DNA of 64,000 nt from an uncultured Desulfarculus sp. (GTDB taxonomy: Bacteria; Desulfobacterota; Desulfarculia; Desulfarculales; Desulfarculaceae): positions 96,001 to 160,000 of the forward strand of contig CAXXUK010000001.1 in assembly GCA_963665125.2 (NCBI GenBank), in the 5' to 3' direction. The notes below the pieces were generated by a model. That model worked only from the letters and a program-made list of their open reading frames with translations. It made no database searches and was not told where the DNA came from. Shown one piece after another: positions 10,443-20,058 of this stretch. A program made the translations under genes and the position numbers. How positions within the stretch are numbered: position 1 is the stretch's first letter; each line of letters opens with the position of its first letter.

Positions 10443-10476
10443 AACCGGCACTGACCCCGTGCTGTCAGTGCCGGTT
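10443..10476. terminator. Probable intrinsic terminator hairpin downstream of the GGCT gene
   Basis: AACCGGCACTGAC-N8-GTCAGTGCCGGTT 13-bp inverted repeat. Confidence 0.6.
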
Positions 10477-10485
10477 AAATGCCTG

Positions 10486-10941
10486 CTAATCCACATCCGG
10501 CCTGCCGCCCAGAAACTCCCGCCAGTAGCCGTCCTCGGCCTTGGTCTGTTGGTAATGGGTCTTCCAGCAACCGCCGGGTATCAGCTTTTCATGGGGCTCG
10601 GCCGGCCGGTTGAGGAAGTAGGCCCAGGCGGTTTGCCGGGGCTCCAGCAGATCGACCGCCAGCCGCAAGTATTCCGAGCCGTCCGGATCTTCGGTGTGGT
10701 AGTCTTCGAAATGGTCAAGAATAGCCAATGCCTTGGGATCATCAATCCTATACAGCTCGCCCCTGACCCGGCCCTGGCCCTGGATCATTCCGGGATACAG
10801 GCCCAGGTCGTATAGCTCCCCGCGCATCAGGCAGTCGGCCTGGTAGCTGACCATGTGCTCGATGCCCAGATGGGCCACGGTGGGAAAGCCGCGCATCAAG
10901 GTGCCGTAAAAAACTATGTATTGCGCGCTGTTTGTTGACAT
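10486..10941 (-). CDS. Gamma-glutamylcyclotransferase (AIG2/GGCT-like) family protein
   Basis: IVFYGTLMRG, GELYDLGLYPG, VRGELY, LDHFE motifs; ATG at 10941 chosen. Confidence 0.85.
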   Translation of the reverse strand: MSTNSAQYIVFYGTLMRGFPTVAHLGIEHMVSYQADCLMRGELYDLGLYPGMIQGQGRVRGELYRIDDPKALAILDHFEDYHTEDPDGSEYLRLAVDLLEPRQTAWAYFLNRPAEPHEKLIPGGCWKTHYQQTKAEDGYWREFLGGRPDVD

Positions 10942-10963
10942 GACGTTTGATGGGCCTCCGGGT

Positions 10964-11482
10964 TTACTTGAGCGCCGCCACCACGGCCCGCATAAAGGCC
11001 GGGAGATCGGCGGGAGTGCGGCTGGTGATGAGCTTGCCGTCGACAACGCATTGTTCGTCCACCCAGGTGGCCCCGGCGTGTACCATGTCCGCCTTGATGG
11101 CGAAAAACGAGGTAAGGGTGTGGCCCTGGCAGATCTCGGCCGAGGCCAGCATCCAGCCGCCGTGGCATATGGCCGCCACCACGCCGCCGTTGTCATGGAT
11201 ATCGCGAACAAAGTCGACCATGCCCTGGCTGCGGCGCATGAAGTCCGGGGCAAAACCACCGGGGATGACCACGCCGTCGAAATCGGCCGCCTTGACGTTG
11301 GCCACGGCCGCGTCGACTTTTACCGGCAGGCCGACCTTGCTGTTATATGTATCGGCGGTGCCGCTGCCGATGATCAGGGTCTCGGCTCCGGCTTCCAGCA
11401 GGCGGTAGTACGGGTAGACCAACTCGAATTCGTTGTACATTTCCTCGGCCAGGATCGCCACTTTTTTGCCTTGCAGTTCCAT
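10964..11482 (-). CDS. PfpI/DJ-1 family type 1 glutamine amidotransferase-like protein
   Basis: KKVAIL..E, DGVVIPGG, AAICHG nucleophile elbow, ITSRTPADL. Confidence 0.9.
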   Translation of the reverse strand: MELQGKKVAILAEEMYNEFELVYPYYRLLEAGAETLIIGSGTADTYNSKVGLPVKVDAAVANVKAADFDGVVIPGGFAPDFMRRSQGMVDFVRDIHDNGGVVAAICHGGWMLASAEICQGHTLTSFFAIKADMVHAGATWVDEQCVVDGKLITSRTPADLPAFMRAVVAALK

Positions 11483-11678
11483 GCGCCCTTCTCCTGCTAC
11501 AGGTTTTTTCCTTTTGATTAGCATAACAATGAATCCAACGGCGGGATGTGTCAAGTTCGCCCAGGCCGATGATTGCCTTGGATAACAGCCGGTGATTTGT
11601 TACCATTTTTTATATGCGACCTTGAATGATCAATATTGCGGCACCATCCAATCATCCCCGGCAGGTAAAGGCGATACC

Positions 11679-13361
11679 ATGGCGAAAAACGAACTGACGA
11701 TTATGATCGGCGGCGAGGCTGGCCAGGGTCTGGTTACCATCGGCCAAGTCCTTTCCAAGGCCCTCGTGCGGGCCGGATACCACATCGTTGTGGGCCAGAG
11801 CTACATGTCGCGCATCCGCGGCGGGCACAACACCTTCAGCATCCGGGCCTCGGCCACGCCCATCGCCGCCCAGCGCGAGGGCGTGGACCTGCTGGTGGCC
11901 CTGAACCAGGAGACTTTGACCCTGCACGAAAACGAACTGCGGCCCGGCGCCCTGGTTTTGGCCGACACCGGCCTGACCTGCGGCCTGGCACCCTGTTTTT
12001 CCATCCCCTACAAGGAACTGGCCCCGCTACGCTATGTCAACACCCTGGCCCTGGGCGTGGCCGCGTATCTGATGGGCCTGGGAAAGGACCATGTGGAAGT
12101 GGTCTTGGCGGCCACCCTGAAAAAACAGCCAGAGGACGTGATTGAGGCCAACAAGGAGGCCCTGGACAAGGCCTGGGAATGGGCGGACGGCCAGGACGCC
12201 CGGTTCGAGGCCCTGCCGCCGGTTCAGGCCAGGGACCAGCGCCTGCTCATGGGCGGCAACGAGGCCATTGCCCTGGGGGCCATGGCCGCCGGGGCCAAGT
12301 TCTGCGCCTTTTACCCCATGACCCCGTCGACCTCGGTGGCCCTGACCCTGGTGGCCCATGCCAAGAAGATGGGCATGGTGGTTGAGCAGGCCGAGGATGA
12401 AATATCGGCCATCAACATGGTCATCGGCGCGTCATACGCCGGGGCTCCGTCCATCGTTACCACCAGCGGCGGCGGTTTCGCCCTGATGGGCGAGGGCGTC
12501 AGCCTGGCCGGCATGACCGAGACGCCGGTGGTCATCGTGGTGATCCAGCGTCCCGGCCCGGCCACTGGCCTGCCCACCCGCACCGAGCAGGGCGACCTGG
12601 AGCTTGTGTTGTACGCGGGTCACGGCGAATTTCCCAGGGCCGTGCTCACGCCAGGCAGTGTGGAGGAATGCTTCGATTTGGCGGCCAAGGCCTTTATCCT
12701 GGCCGAGAAATACCAGGGCCCGGTCTTTGTGCTGGGCGATCAATTCATGGCCGACTCCCTGCGGGCGGTGGAGCCTTTTGATGTCGACGCCGTGGAACAG
12801 GTGCTTCCCGGCCTGCGCGGCCTGGACCAGGGCCAGAAATACCAGCGGTATGAAGTGACGCCGGATGGCGTCTCGCCCAGGGCCATACCCGGTCTGGGGG
12901 CCGAATTGGTGGTGGCCGACAGCGACGAGCATACGCCCGACGGACATATCACCGAGGACCTGGACGTGCGAGTGACCATGGCCGAAAAGCGGATGCAAAA
13001 GCTCACTGGCCTGATCGATGATGTGCTGCCGCCGCTGTTCGACGGGCCCGAGGACGCCGAGTTGATCCTGGCCTGCTGGGGTAGCAGCAAGGGCGCGGTG
13101 GCCGAGGCCGCCTCGGAGCTGCGCGAAAAAGGCCTGAGCGTGGCCACCTGCCACTTCCGCCAGGTTTGGCCCCTGGTGGGCGAACATTTCCTGGACCGCT
13201 TCGAGCAGGCGGGCAGGGTGATGATGGTCGAGGGCAATCTCACCGGCCAACTGGCTGGCCTGATCCGCCGGGAGACGGGCTTCGAGGTCAGCGGGATCGT
13301 ACCCCGCTACGACGGCCTGCCCATGACCCCGGAATACATCCTGCGCGAACTTGACGCCTGA
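11679..13361 (+). CDS. 2-oxoacid:acceptor (ferredoxin) oxidoreductase subunit alpha
   Basis: GGEAGQG, YPMTPST, EDEISA, TSGGGF, QRPGPATGLPT motifs. Confidence 0.92.
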   Translation: MAKNELTIMIGGEAGQGLVTIGQVLSKALVRAGYHIVVGQSYMSRIRGGHNTFSIRASATPIAAQREGVDLLVALNQETLTLHENELRPGALVLADTGLTCGLAPCFSIPYKELAPLRYVNTLALGVAAYLMGLGKDHVEVVLAATLKKQPEDVIEANKEALDKAWEWADGQDARFEALPPVQARDQRLLMGGNEAIALGAMAAGAKFCAFYPMTPSTSVALTLVAHAKKMGMVVEQAEDEISAINMVIGASYAGAPSIVTTSGGGFALMGEGVSLAGMTETPVVIVVIQRPGPATGLPTRTEQGDLELVLYAGHGEFPRAVLTPGSVEECFDLAAKAFILAEKYQGPVFVLGDQFMADSLRAVEPFDVDAVEQVLPGLRGLDQGQKYQRYEVTPDGVSPRAIPGLGAELVVADSDEHTPDGHITEDLDVRVTMAEKRMQKLTGLIDDVLPPLFDGPEDAELILACWGSSKGAVAEAASELREKGLSVATCHFRQVWPLVGEHFLDRFEQAGRVMMVEGNLTGQLAGLIRRETGFEVSGIVPRYDGLPMTPEYILRELDA

Positions 13362-13383
13362 TGCCGCGAAAAGGAGCATGAAA

Positions 13384-14235
13384 ATGGCTACAGTGGAAGA
13401 CTTTGGCACATTCGAGACGGCCTGGTGCCCCGGCTGCGGCAACCACGCGATTTTAAAGGCCCTGAAAAAGGCCCTAGCCGACGGCGGATACGAGCCACGC
13501 GACATATTGATGGTCAGCGGCATTGGCCAGGCGGCCAAGACACCGCATTATCTCAAGTGCAACGCCTTCAACGGCCTGCACGGCCGCTCGCTGCCCACGG
13601 CCACCGGGGCCCGGCTGGCCAACCCCAACCTGAAGGTGATCGTCGAAAGCGGCGACGGCTGCCATTACGGCGAGGGTGGCAACCATTTTCTGGGGGCGCT
13701 CAGGCGCAACCTGGATATCACCGTCATCGTCCACGACAACCAGGTCTACGGCCTGACCAAGGGCCAGGCCAGCCCCACCAGCATGGAGGGCTTCAAGACC
13801 AAGGCCCAGCCAGACGGAGTCTGGGCCCATCCCTTCAACCCGTTGGCCGTGGCCGTTAGCCTGCATGCCGGATTCGTGGCCCGGGGCTTTTCCGGCGAGA
13901 CCGAGCACCTGGCCGGGTTGATCCAACAAGGCATGAAGCACCGGGGCCTGGCTTTAATAGACGTGTTGCAGCCCTGCGTGTCCTTCAACAAGGTCAATAC
14001 ATTCAAGTGGTACAGGGACCGCGTGTACAAGCTGGGCGATGATCACGATCCCACAGACTGGCAGACGGCAATGCAGCTGTGCTTCGAGTTCGGCGAGCAT
14101 ATCCCCATCGGCGTGATTTATGAAAACCACCGCCAGGCCTTTGATGAGCATTTCCCGGTTCTGGATCAAGGCCCCTTGGCCGACCAGCCGGTGGACAAGG
14201 ATGCCCTGCGCCAGGTGATGCAGAGCTTTGCCTAA
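13384..14235 (+). CDS. 2-oxoacid:ferredoxin oxidoreductase subunit beta
   Basis: WCPGCG, TPP-binding GDG..., DNQVYGLTKGQ, LQPCVSF; AAGGAG RBS. Confidence 0.92.
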   Translation: MATVEDFGTFETAWCPGCGNHAILKALKKALADGGYEPRDILMVSGIGQAAKTPHYLKCNAFNGLHGRSLPTATGARLANPNLKVIVESGDGCHYGEGGNHFLGALRRNLDITVIVHDNQVYGLTKGQASPTSMEGFKTKAQPDGVWAHPFNPLAVAVSLHAGFVARGFSGETEHLAGLIQQGMKHRGLALIDVLQPCVSFNKVNTFKWYRDRVYKLGDDHDPTDWQTAMQLCFEFGEHIPIGVIYENHRQAFDEHFPVLDQGPLADQPVDKDALRQVMQSFA

Positions 14236-14244
14236 TCCTGGGAT

Positions 14245-14285
14245 AAAAAAAGCGGCCGCCCTCGCGACGACGTGGGCGGCTGCTT
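14245..14285. terminator. Intrinsic terminator between convergent genes
   Basis: AAGCGGCCGCCC...GGGCGGCTGCTT stem next to an A7 tract (U-tract on the minus strand). Confidence 0.65.
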
Positions 14286-14303
14286 AATTAATCAAAGATG
14301 CGT

Positions 14304-14732
14304 CTACGGCTTGAGGACTTTGTCCAGGATCTCGCGCTCAAGCCCGCTGACGCCGTCAACCCTCACCCAATCTCCGCCGGCGTCTTTTCGATGCACCTCA
14401 AGGCCCACCGAGACCTGGCTGAATTTGGGGTCTTTGCAAAAAACCCGGACCGTGCCGGAATAGCGCAGATCGCCCTTGTGGATGATGGGCAGTTCGTAGG
14501 CCATGCCGTTGTCAATAGGCTCTTCCAAGGCCAGGCCCAGATCCGGGTCGTTTTTCATGTTGCGCTTGATTCTTTGGCCCACCTCGTTACAAGGTGTATC
14601 TGCAACGGCCGCGAAAATGGTGGGCTTGGATTCAATGGGATCCATGGCCTCTCCGGCGTTGGTGGAGGCACAAGCGGCCAGCATTAATAGCACGGCCGAC
14701 GCACAAAAAATCTTGATTATCAACGAATGCAT
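14304..14732 (-). CDS. Hypothetical lipoprotein
   Basis: Signal peptide ending in lipobox LAAC; overlaps the upstream protease gene. Confidence 0.65.
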   Translation of the reverse strand: MHSLIIKIFCASAVLLMLAACASTNAGEAMDPIESKPTIFAAVADTPCNEVGQRIKRNMKNDPDLGLALEEPIDNGMAYELPIIHKGDLRYSGTVRVFCKDPKFSQVSVGLEVHRKDAGGDWVRVDGVSGLEREILDKVLKP

Positions 14733-15403
14733 CTCGTCCTCTGGGTAATGGAGAAAATTTCACCGCTATCGGGGTCGTACTTTGATGACTGCTTGTTTGC
14801 GACAGCACCCAAGTAACCGTTAATATTTGTTCCCGCCGCCATGGAGTACAGCAGTTGGAAAAACTGCTGGTTCTGGGTGGTTATCGGCCCGGAGCCCGTG
14901 GTGTTCATTATCGAGTCACTGTCATGGCCAAAGAAACCCAAGGCATGGGCGGCTTCGTGAATCAGCGTGCCGCTGAGGCCCTGGGCGCAACGGCTTTGGT
15001 TTGGGTTCATCCTGATAATGGCCTGCACGATATGCCCCGCCCCGTTGTAATAGGTGGTGGTTTCACCACAGACCGATGACGACAAGGTGGAATCATAATA
15101 TACCGTAATATCGCCGGTGCCGGTACCATAAGTCATGCTCAGGCCGCCGCTGGAGGCCGAGGCCCATGTGCTGAACGCGCTGGCCGTTCCGTCGATTTCG
15201 CTGCCGACGCTAACGGGATTGTAGGGCCATCGAATGGTATAGCCGCCAAGTACATAGGCATTGTGATCGTATAGGTATTGGTAGATCGTGGACGATGATG
15301 ACGAACTGGTGCCGCCGCCGCCGCCGCCGCAGCCAACGGCGGCTAACAGCGCAAAGGCGCAGATAAGTATTTTCGCGATGATGTTTTTACCCTGGTTGGC
15401 CAT
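14720..15403 (-). CDS. Lipoprotein matrixin-like (metzincin) zinc metalloprotease
   Basis: Lipobox AVGC followed by a Gly/Ser linker; HEAAHALGFFGH zinc motif and SIM Met-turn. Confidence 0.75.
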   Translation of the reverse strand: MANQGKNIIAKILICAFALLAAVGCGGGGGGTSSSSSSTIYQYLYDHNAYVLGGYTIRWPYNPVSVGSEIDGTASAFSTWASASSGGLSMTYGTGTGDITVYYDSTLSSSVCGETTTYYNGAGHIVQAIIRMNPNQSRCAQGLSGTLIHEAAHALGFFGHDSDSIMNTTGSGPITTQNQQFFQLLYSMAAGTNINGYLGAVANKQSSKYDPDSGEIFSITQRTRCIR

Positions 15404-15415
15404 GATAATACCTCA

Positions 15416-16306
15416 CTAATTGTTTACGGGCAGGTCGGCCATGGTCCTAAGCGTTATTGAATAGACGCGCGAGCCGTCCGGATCGTACCTGTCATCCCCG
15501 GAAGAGAACTTTTTATTAAGGTTGCCACGGATATCCGTACCGGGCTTGAAGGTATAAAGCATTTGGTAGAAACGCTTGTTTTGGGTGGTTACGCCTCCAC
15601 TGCCTGTGGGGTTCATTATCGAACTACTGTCGTGACCCAGAAAACCTGTCGCGTGACCCGCTTCGTGAGTCAGGGTTTTGGACAGCCCGCCGGAGCAACG
15701 GCTTTGATCCGGGTTGAGCGTAATCTCGGCTTGGACTATTTCACCGGCGGAATTCCACCAGGTCACGCACTGGCCACAGATGTTGGAACTCATCGTGTTG
15801 TCCATGGTCACCGTTATCGTGCCAGAACCACTGGCGAAAGTAAACCGTAAGCGCCCGCCCGAGGCCGAGTTCCAAACATTGAAGGCAGTCGGGACGCTGG
15901 TGGGAACACTGGTTGAACCTACTCTGACCGGTATGTTGGGATAGCGGATGGTCCTGCCGCTCAGGTATACCGCATTGTAATTATACAGATATTGATAATC
16001 CGTCAGCGACCATGTGCCGCTGGTTGTCGGCGTTGGTGTCGGAGTGGGCGTAGCAGTGGCCGTTGGCGTTGGTGTTGGCGTTGCCGTAGGCGTCGCTGTA
16101 GTCGTCGCTGTAGTCGTCGCTGTGGGGGCTGTCGTGGGAGTGGCCGATGGGTCGGCCGTTGGAACGGTTGTCGGGGTTGGGGTGGGCGTTGCCGGAGTAG
16201 ATGAATCGCCTCCGCCTCCACCGCCTCCGCAGGCCGTGGCCAGGGCCATGAGTATGGCCAGCACGACCGACATGATCTGGTTTCTCAGGTGTAATTTCTC
16301 GTGCAT
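15416..16306 (-). CDS. Lipoprotein metzincin metalloprotease with Pro/Thr-rich linker
   Basis: Lipobox ATAC, PT repeats, HEAGHATGFLGH and SIM; paralog of the adjacent gene; start uncertain. Confidence 0.75.
   Translation of the reverse strand: MHEKLHLRNQIMSVVLAILMALATACGGGGGGGDSSTPATPTPTPTTVPTADPSATPTTAPTATTTATTTATPTATPTPTPTATATPTPTPTPTTSGTWSLTDYQYLYNYNAVYLSGRTIRYPNIPVRVGSTSVPTSVPTAFNVWNSASGGRLRFTFASGSGTITVTMDNTMSSNICGQCVTWWNSAGEIVQAEITLNPDQSRCSGGLSKTLTHEAGHATGFLGHDSSSIMNPTGSGGVTTQNKRFYQMLYTFKPGTDIRGNLNKKFSSGDDRYDPDGSRVYSITLRTMADLPVNN
16020..16195 (-). repeat. Low-complexity Pro/Thr/Ala coding repeats
   Basis: GTCGCTGTAGTC-type and GGCGTT-type repeats encoding TPTPTPTATAT. Confidence 0.8.
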
Positions 16307-16429
16307 CACGCCTCCCGGCCGCGACCCCCCCTTTTTAGCGTTATCGGCACACTGATCGGAAAAGGCGATGACTTTTGCCATCGCCTTTGCCTTAATCATA
16401 AATTATAGCAAACCTGAAACTTGTTGAAG

Positions 16430-17122
16430 TTATTTTCTTGCCAATTCCGCGGGCAGTTTGGCCAGATCCTCTTCCAGGCCTGTAGCCAGTGTCAGCTTCT
16501 TGGAATAGCCGTAGGCGCCCTTGTCGACCGACATCATATCCTGGCAGGCGAATTTGATCGCTTCAAGGATGGACTGACCCTGGGGAACCACGGCGTTGAT
16601 GATTTTCTTTTCCAGGGCCTCCGCCGGGCTGTAGACATGGGCATGCAGCCAAAGCTCGTGCACGTATTCGGCGGGCACCACCTTTTTGCAGATGTTGCAC
16701 ATCCACGAAGGCAGGATCATGCCGGTGAGCATCTCGTTCATTTGCAGGCGGATGTCTACGTCCATGACAAAGCGGCGGTCACAGGCCAGGGCAAGTTGCA
16801 TGCCGCCGGCAATGGCGTGGCCCTCGATGGCCGCCACGGTGGGGATGTCCAATAAAAAGACGCGGCACATGGTCTGGCCGAACTGGGTCACCAACTCAAG
16901 AAGCTGCTCCATGCTCAGGCCGGGCATGATCTTCAGGTTCAGGCCGCCACAGAACAGACCCTGGCGTCCCTTGAACACCACAAGCTTGGCGTCGTCGGCC
17001 TGGGCCTGGTCAATGGCCTCGTTCAACTCGGCGAACATTTCAAAGTCAAAGGCGTTGGCTTTGCCGTCGTCCATGGCGATAACGGCCACGCTGTCCTCAA
17101 TGCTATAGGTTACTTTGATCAT
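16430..17122 (-). CDS. Enoyl-CoA hydratase/isomerase (crotonase) family protein
   Basis: MDDGKANA, FCGGLNL, PTVAAIEGHAIAGG..LALACDRR. Confidence 0.88.
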   Translation of the reverse strand: MIKVTYSIEDSVAVIAMDDGKANAFDFEMFAELNEAIDQAQADDAKLVVFKGRQGLFCGGLNLKIMPGLSMEQLLELVTQFGQTMCRVFLLDIPTVAAIEGHAIAGGMQLALACDRRFVMDVDIRLQMNEMLTGMILPSWMCNICKKVVPAEYVHELWLHAHVYSPAEALEKKIINAVVPQGQSILEAIKFACQDMMSVDKGAYGYSKKLTLATGLEEDLAKLPAELARK

Positions 17123-17227
17123 TGCGGCTCCGGTTTTATTGCAAAAGTGATCATGGTTTACAATGTGAATGATACGTTTTACGTCAGCAGGGGAAATATT
17201 TCAAGCATTTGCGTGCTCTGCCGCTGG

Positions 17228-19390
17228 TCAGCCGGAGATGCGCCCGGTCAGGGCCTCCATGATGTGGCAGGCCCTGATTCCGGAGCCGCGTTGGTCGAGT
17301 CCGCCGCGCAGTTGCAGCACGCAGCCGGGACAGTCGGTGACCACGGCCTCCGCTCCTGTGGATTCGATGTTGTCCAGCTTTTGGCCCAGAATGCGCGCCG
17401 AGAGCATGGGGAAGTCCACCGAGAACGATCCGCCGAAGCCGCAGCAGACCTCTTCCTCGGCGTATGGCAGGTATTTCAGGCCGGCGCGGGCCAATAGCTC
17501 TCGAGGTGCGTCATGCACGCCCAGGCCTCGGCACAGGTGGCAGGGCGCATGATAGGCCAGCTTGGCTGGGGCTGGCTTGCCCTCGGGCTGCCAGTCCACC
17601 ACATCGGCCAAGAACGAGCTGGCGTCGATGATCCTGCCGCAGAAACCATCCAGGGCCGCCGGGTCCACGCCCATGAGCCGGGCCAGCTTGGGGTAGCCGT
17701 GCCTCAGGTGCGAGGCGCAACTGGCGCACAGGGTCACGATGTAGTCGTAATCACCGGCCGCGAAGGCCTCGACGTTGGCCTTGGCCACCTTGGCGGCCAT
17801 GACCTCATCGGCCATCATGGCCAGGGGCAGACCGCAGCAGCTCTGGCCCAAGGGCATATCCAGGGCCACCTCCCGCCCTTGTATCAGCCCGATGAACGCC
17901 TCTGCCTGCTCGGGGTAGACAAAATCATTGAGGCATCCGGCGAAAAGGGCGGCCTTGATCTTGGGCGCTTGGACCTTGGGCGCGATAGCCGCCCAGCGGT
18001 CCCTGAGCGGCTCCCGGACAATGACCGGCAGGCTGCGGAACCTGTGGTCTTCGTGGAAGAACATGGGCAAATGGCGGATCAGCCTTGAGCTGCCGTCGGC
18101 CAATGGCTGCTGGGCCAGGCGCGCCGAGCGCAGCATGGCGTGGAAAATCCTGCGGTCGCCCATGGCCAGGGCCAGCAGGCGGTTTTTGACCGGCGGTCCG
18201 TTGTCGGCCCGGTATACCCGGCCCATGGTCTTTTTGACCAGGTGCGGCAGGTCTATGCCCGCGGCGCAGATCTCCTTGCAGGCCCCGCAGTTGAGGCAGG
18301 CCTTGACGATGGCCCTGGCGTTGTCCTTGCCATGATAGAGCATGGTCAGGATCAGGCCGATGGCCCCGATATAGACATGGCCGTAGTTGTGGCCGCCCAC
18401 CTGGCGGTACACCGGGCAGACATTGGCGCAGGCGCCGCAGCGCACGCAGCGCAGGGCCTGGCCCAGGATGGGGTCCGCGGCCAGGGCCAGGCGGCCGTTG
18501 TCCAGAAACACGATGTGCATCTGCTTGCGCCCGTCATCCGAGGCGGCGCACTGGTTGGCCCCGGTGATCCATGTGACATATGTGCTGATGACCTGGCCGG
18601 TGGCGTTCTTGGGCAGCACCCGCAGGATCTTCAACGCCGACTCCAGGTCGGGCAGCAGTTTGTCCAGGCCCACAAGGGCCACGTGGATGCGGGGCAGGGT
18701 GGTGGTCAGTCGGGCGTTGCCCTCGTTGGTCACCAGGCCGATGGTGCCCGTCTCGGCAATGGCGAAGTTGGCCCCGCTGACGCCCATGTCGGCCTCCAGA
18801 TAGGCCTGGCGCAGCCACTTGCGGGCCACCTTGACCATGCCCTCGATGTCGTCGGGGTCTTGCGCTTGGCCGGTGACTTTGGTGAATAGTTCGGCCACCT
18901 GGGCCCGACTGAGGTGAATGGCCGGCATTACCATGTGGCTGGGGCCTTCGTGGCGAAGCTGGATGATCCACTCGCCCAGGTCGGTCTCGGTGACCTGGAA
19001 GCCCCGGGCCTCCAGGTGGTCGTTCAAAAACGTCTCTTCGGCGGTCATGGACTTGGCCTTGACCACCTTGCGGGCGCCCGCCTCCCGGCCTATCTCGGCA
19101 ATGATCCGGTTGGCCCCGGCGGCGTCGGCGGCCAGGTGCACGTGCACGCCCTTGGCCGTGGCCTGCTGTCTGAATTGCTCGAACAACTCCATGATACGGG
19201 GCAGGCCGCTGTCCTTGATTTGGCCGATCTCGGCAGCCAGGGCGGCGAAATCCATCCCCGCGAAGACGTTTGGCCGGTTTTCGCGGTAGGAGCGGAAAAA
19301 AGAGTCCAGGGCGGCCGAAAGAAATTCATCACCCAGGGCCGCGCGCAGCTGCCGGTGGTAGTCCTTGATATTGGACGGCGTATTGATCAT
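17228..19390 (-). CDS. L-lactate dehydrogenase Fe-S large subunit (LutB/LldF domain fused to CCG domains, LldH/LdhH type)
   Basis: KAKSMTAEE, ETDLGEWIIQL, PSHMVMPAIH, TNEGN, CVRCGACANVCP, CCG motifs. Confidence 0.88.
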   Translation of the reverse strand: MINTPSNIKDYHRQLRAALGDEFLSAALDSFFRSYRENRPNVFAGMDFAALAAEIGQIKDSGLPRIMELFEQFRQQATAKGVHVHLAADAAGANRIIAEIGREAGARKVVKAKSMTAEETFLNDHLEARGFQVTETDLGEWIIQLRHEGPSHMVMPAIHLSRAQVAELFTKVTGQAQDPDDIEGMVKVARKWLRQAYLEADMGVSGANFAIAETGTIGLVTNEGNARLTTTLPRIHVALVGLDKLLPDLESALKILRVLPKNATGQVISTYVTWITGANQCAASDDGRKQMHIVFLDNGRLALAADPILGQALRCVRCGACANVCPVYRQVGGHNYGHVYIGAIGLILTMLYHGKDNARAIVKACLNCGACKEICAAGIDLPHLVKKTMGRVYRADNGPPVKNRLLALAMGDRRIFHAMLRSARLAQQPLADGSSRLIRHLPMFFHEDHRFRSLPVIVREPLRDRWAAIAPKVQAPKIKAALFAGCLNDFVYPEQAEAFIGLIQGREVALDMPLGQSCCGLPLAMMADEVMAAKVAKANVEAFAAGDYDYIVTLCASCASHLRHGYPKLARLMGVDPAALDGFCGRIIDASSFLADVVDWQPEGKPAPAKLAYHAPCHLCRGLGVHDAPRELLARAGLKYLPYAEEEVCCGFGGSFSVDFPMLSARILGQKLDNIESTGAEAVVTDCPGCVLQLRGGLDQRGSGIRACHIMEALTGRISG

Positions 19391-19941
19391 GACGCGCCTC
19401 CGGGCAGGATCACCATATGCAACTGGACCGGCCCGTGCACCCCGATGGTCAGGACACGCTCGATGTCGGCGGTTCGGCTGGCCCCGGAGATGCAGGCCAG
19501 ATACCCCGGACCCGAGGCCATCAGTTCCTTCATGGGCCCGGTCAGGGCCATCATGTCAGTGGCGATGTTGTCCTCGTACAGCACGGCCACGTGGATTTCG
19601 CCCAGCATGGTGGCCAGGCGCAGGTCTTCGTCGGCCGAATCCACCAGGATGGTTCCGGTCTCGGCGGCCGCCCATTGGGCCGGAGTCAGGGCCGTGAACG
19701 GTTCGGCGGCATGGTTTCGGATATTCGAGGTGATCAGTGCCAACCCGTCTTTTTCGCAGGCCTCATTGATTAGGCGCAGTTCCGCATCGTCCCAGCCAAA
19801 GGCGGCGATTGACTTGCAACCATTTTGGACGGCAACCCGGCAGGCGTAGGCGGCGGCCTGGGATATGTCGTCGGCCGTTTGGCAAAACCCGCTGGCCGCT
19901 TCGAGCCTTTGCCGGAAGGAGGCTGATAATTCCTGGGACAT
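19387..19941 (-). CDS. Lactate utilization LUD-domain protein (LutC/LldG-like)
   Basis: AETGT and ISGASRTADIERVLTIGVHGP motifs. Confidence 0.88.
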   Translation of the reverse strand: MSQELSASFRQRLEAASGFCQTADDISQAAAYACRVAVQNGCKSIAAFGWDDAELRLINEACEKDGLALITSNIRNHAAEPFTALTPAQWAAAETGTILVDSADEDLRLATMLGEIHVAVLYEDNIATDMMALTGPMKELMASGPGYLACISGASRTADIERVLTIGVHGPVQLHMVILPGGAS

Positions 19942-19986
19942 GGCACGTCGCAAGTTAGTGGTTTCAAGTATTGGACGGAAGCATTA

Positions 19987-20000
19987 ATCTGTTTACAGAT
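19987..20000. promoter_or_regulatory. Palindromic candidate operator in the divergent lactate intergenic region
   Basis: ATCTGT-TT-ACAGAT perfect inverted repeat. Confidence 0.4.
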
Positions 20001-20058
20001 AGTCTAGCCCGGTTTTGGCATGCCGGTAAAGGATAAGCGGTTTACAAAGGGAGCGGCC

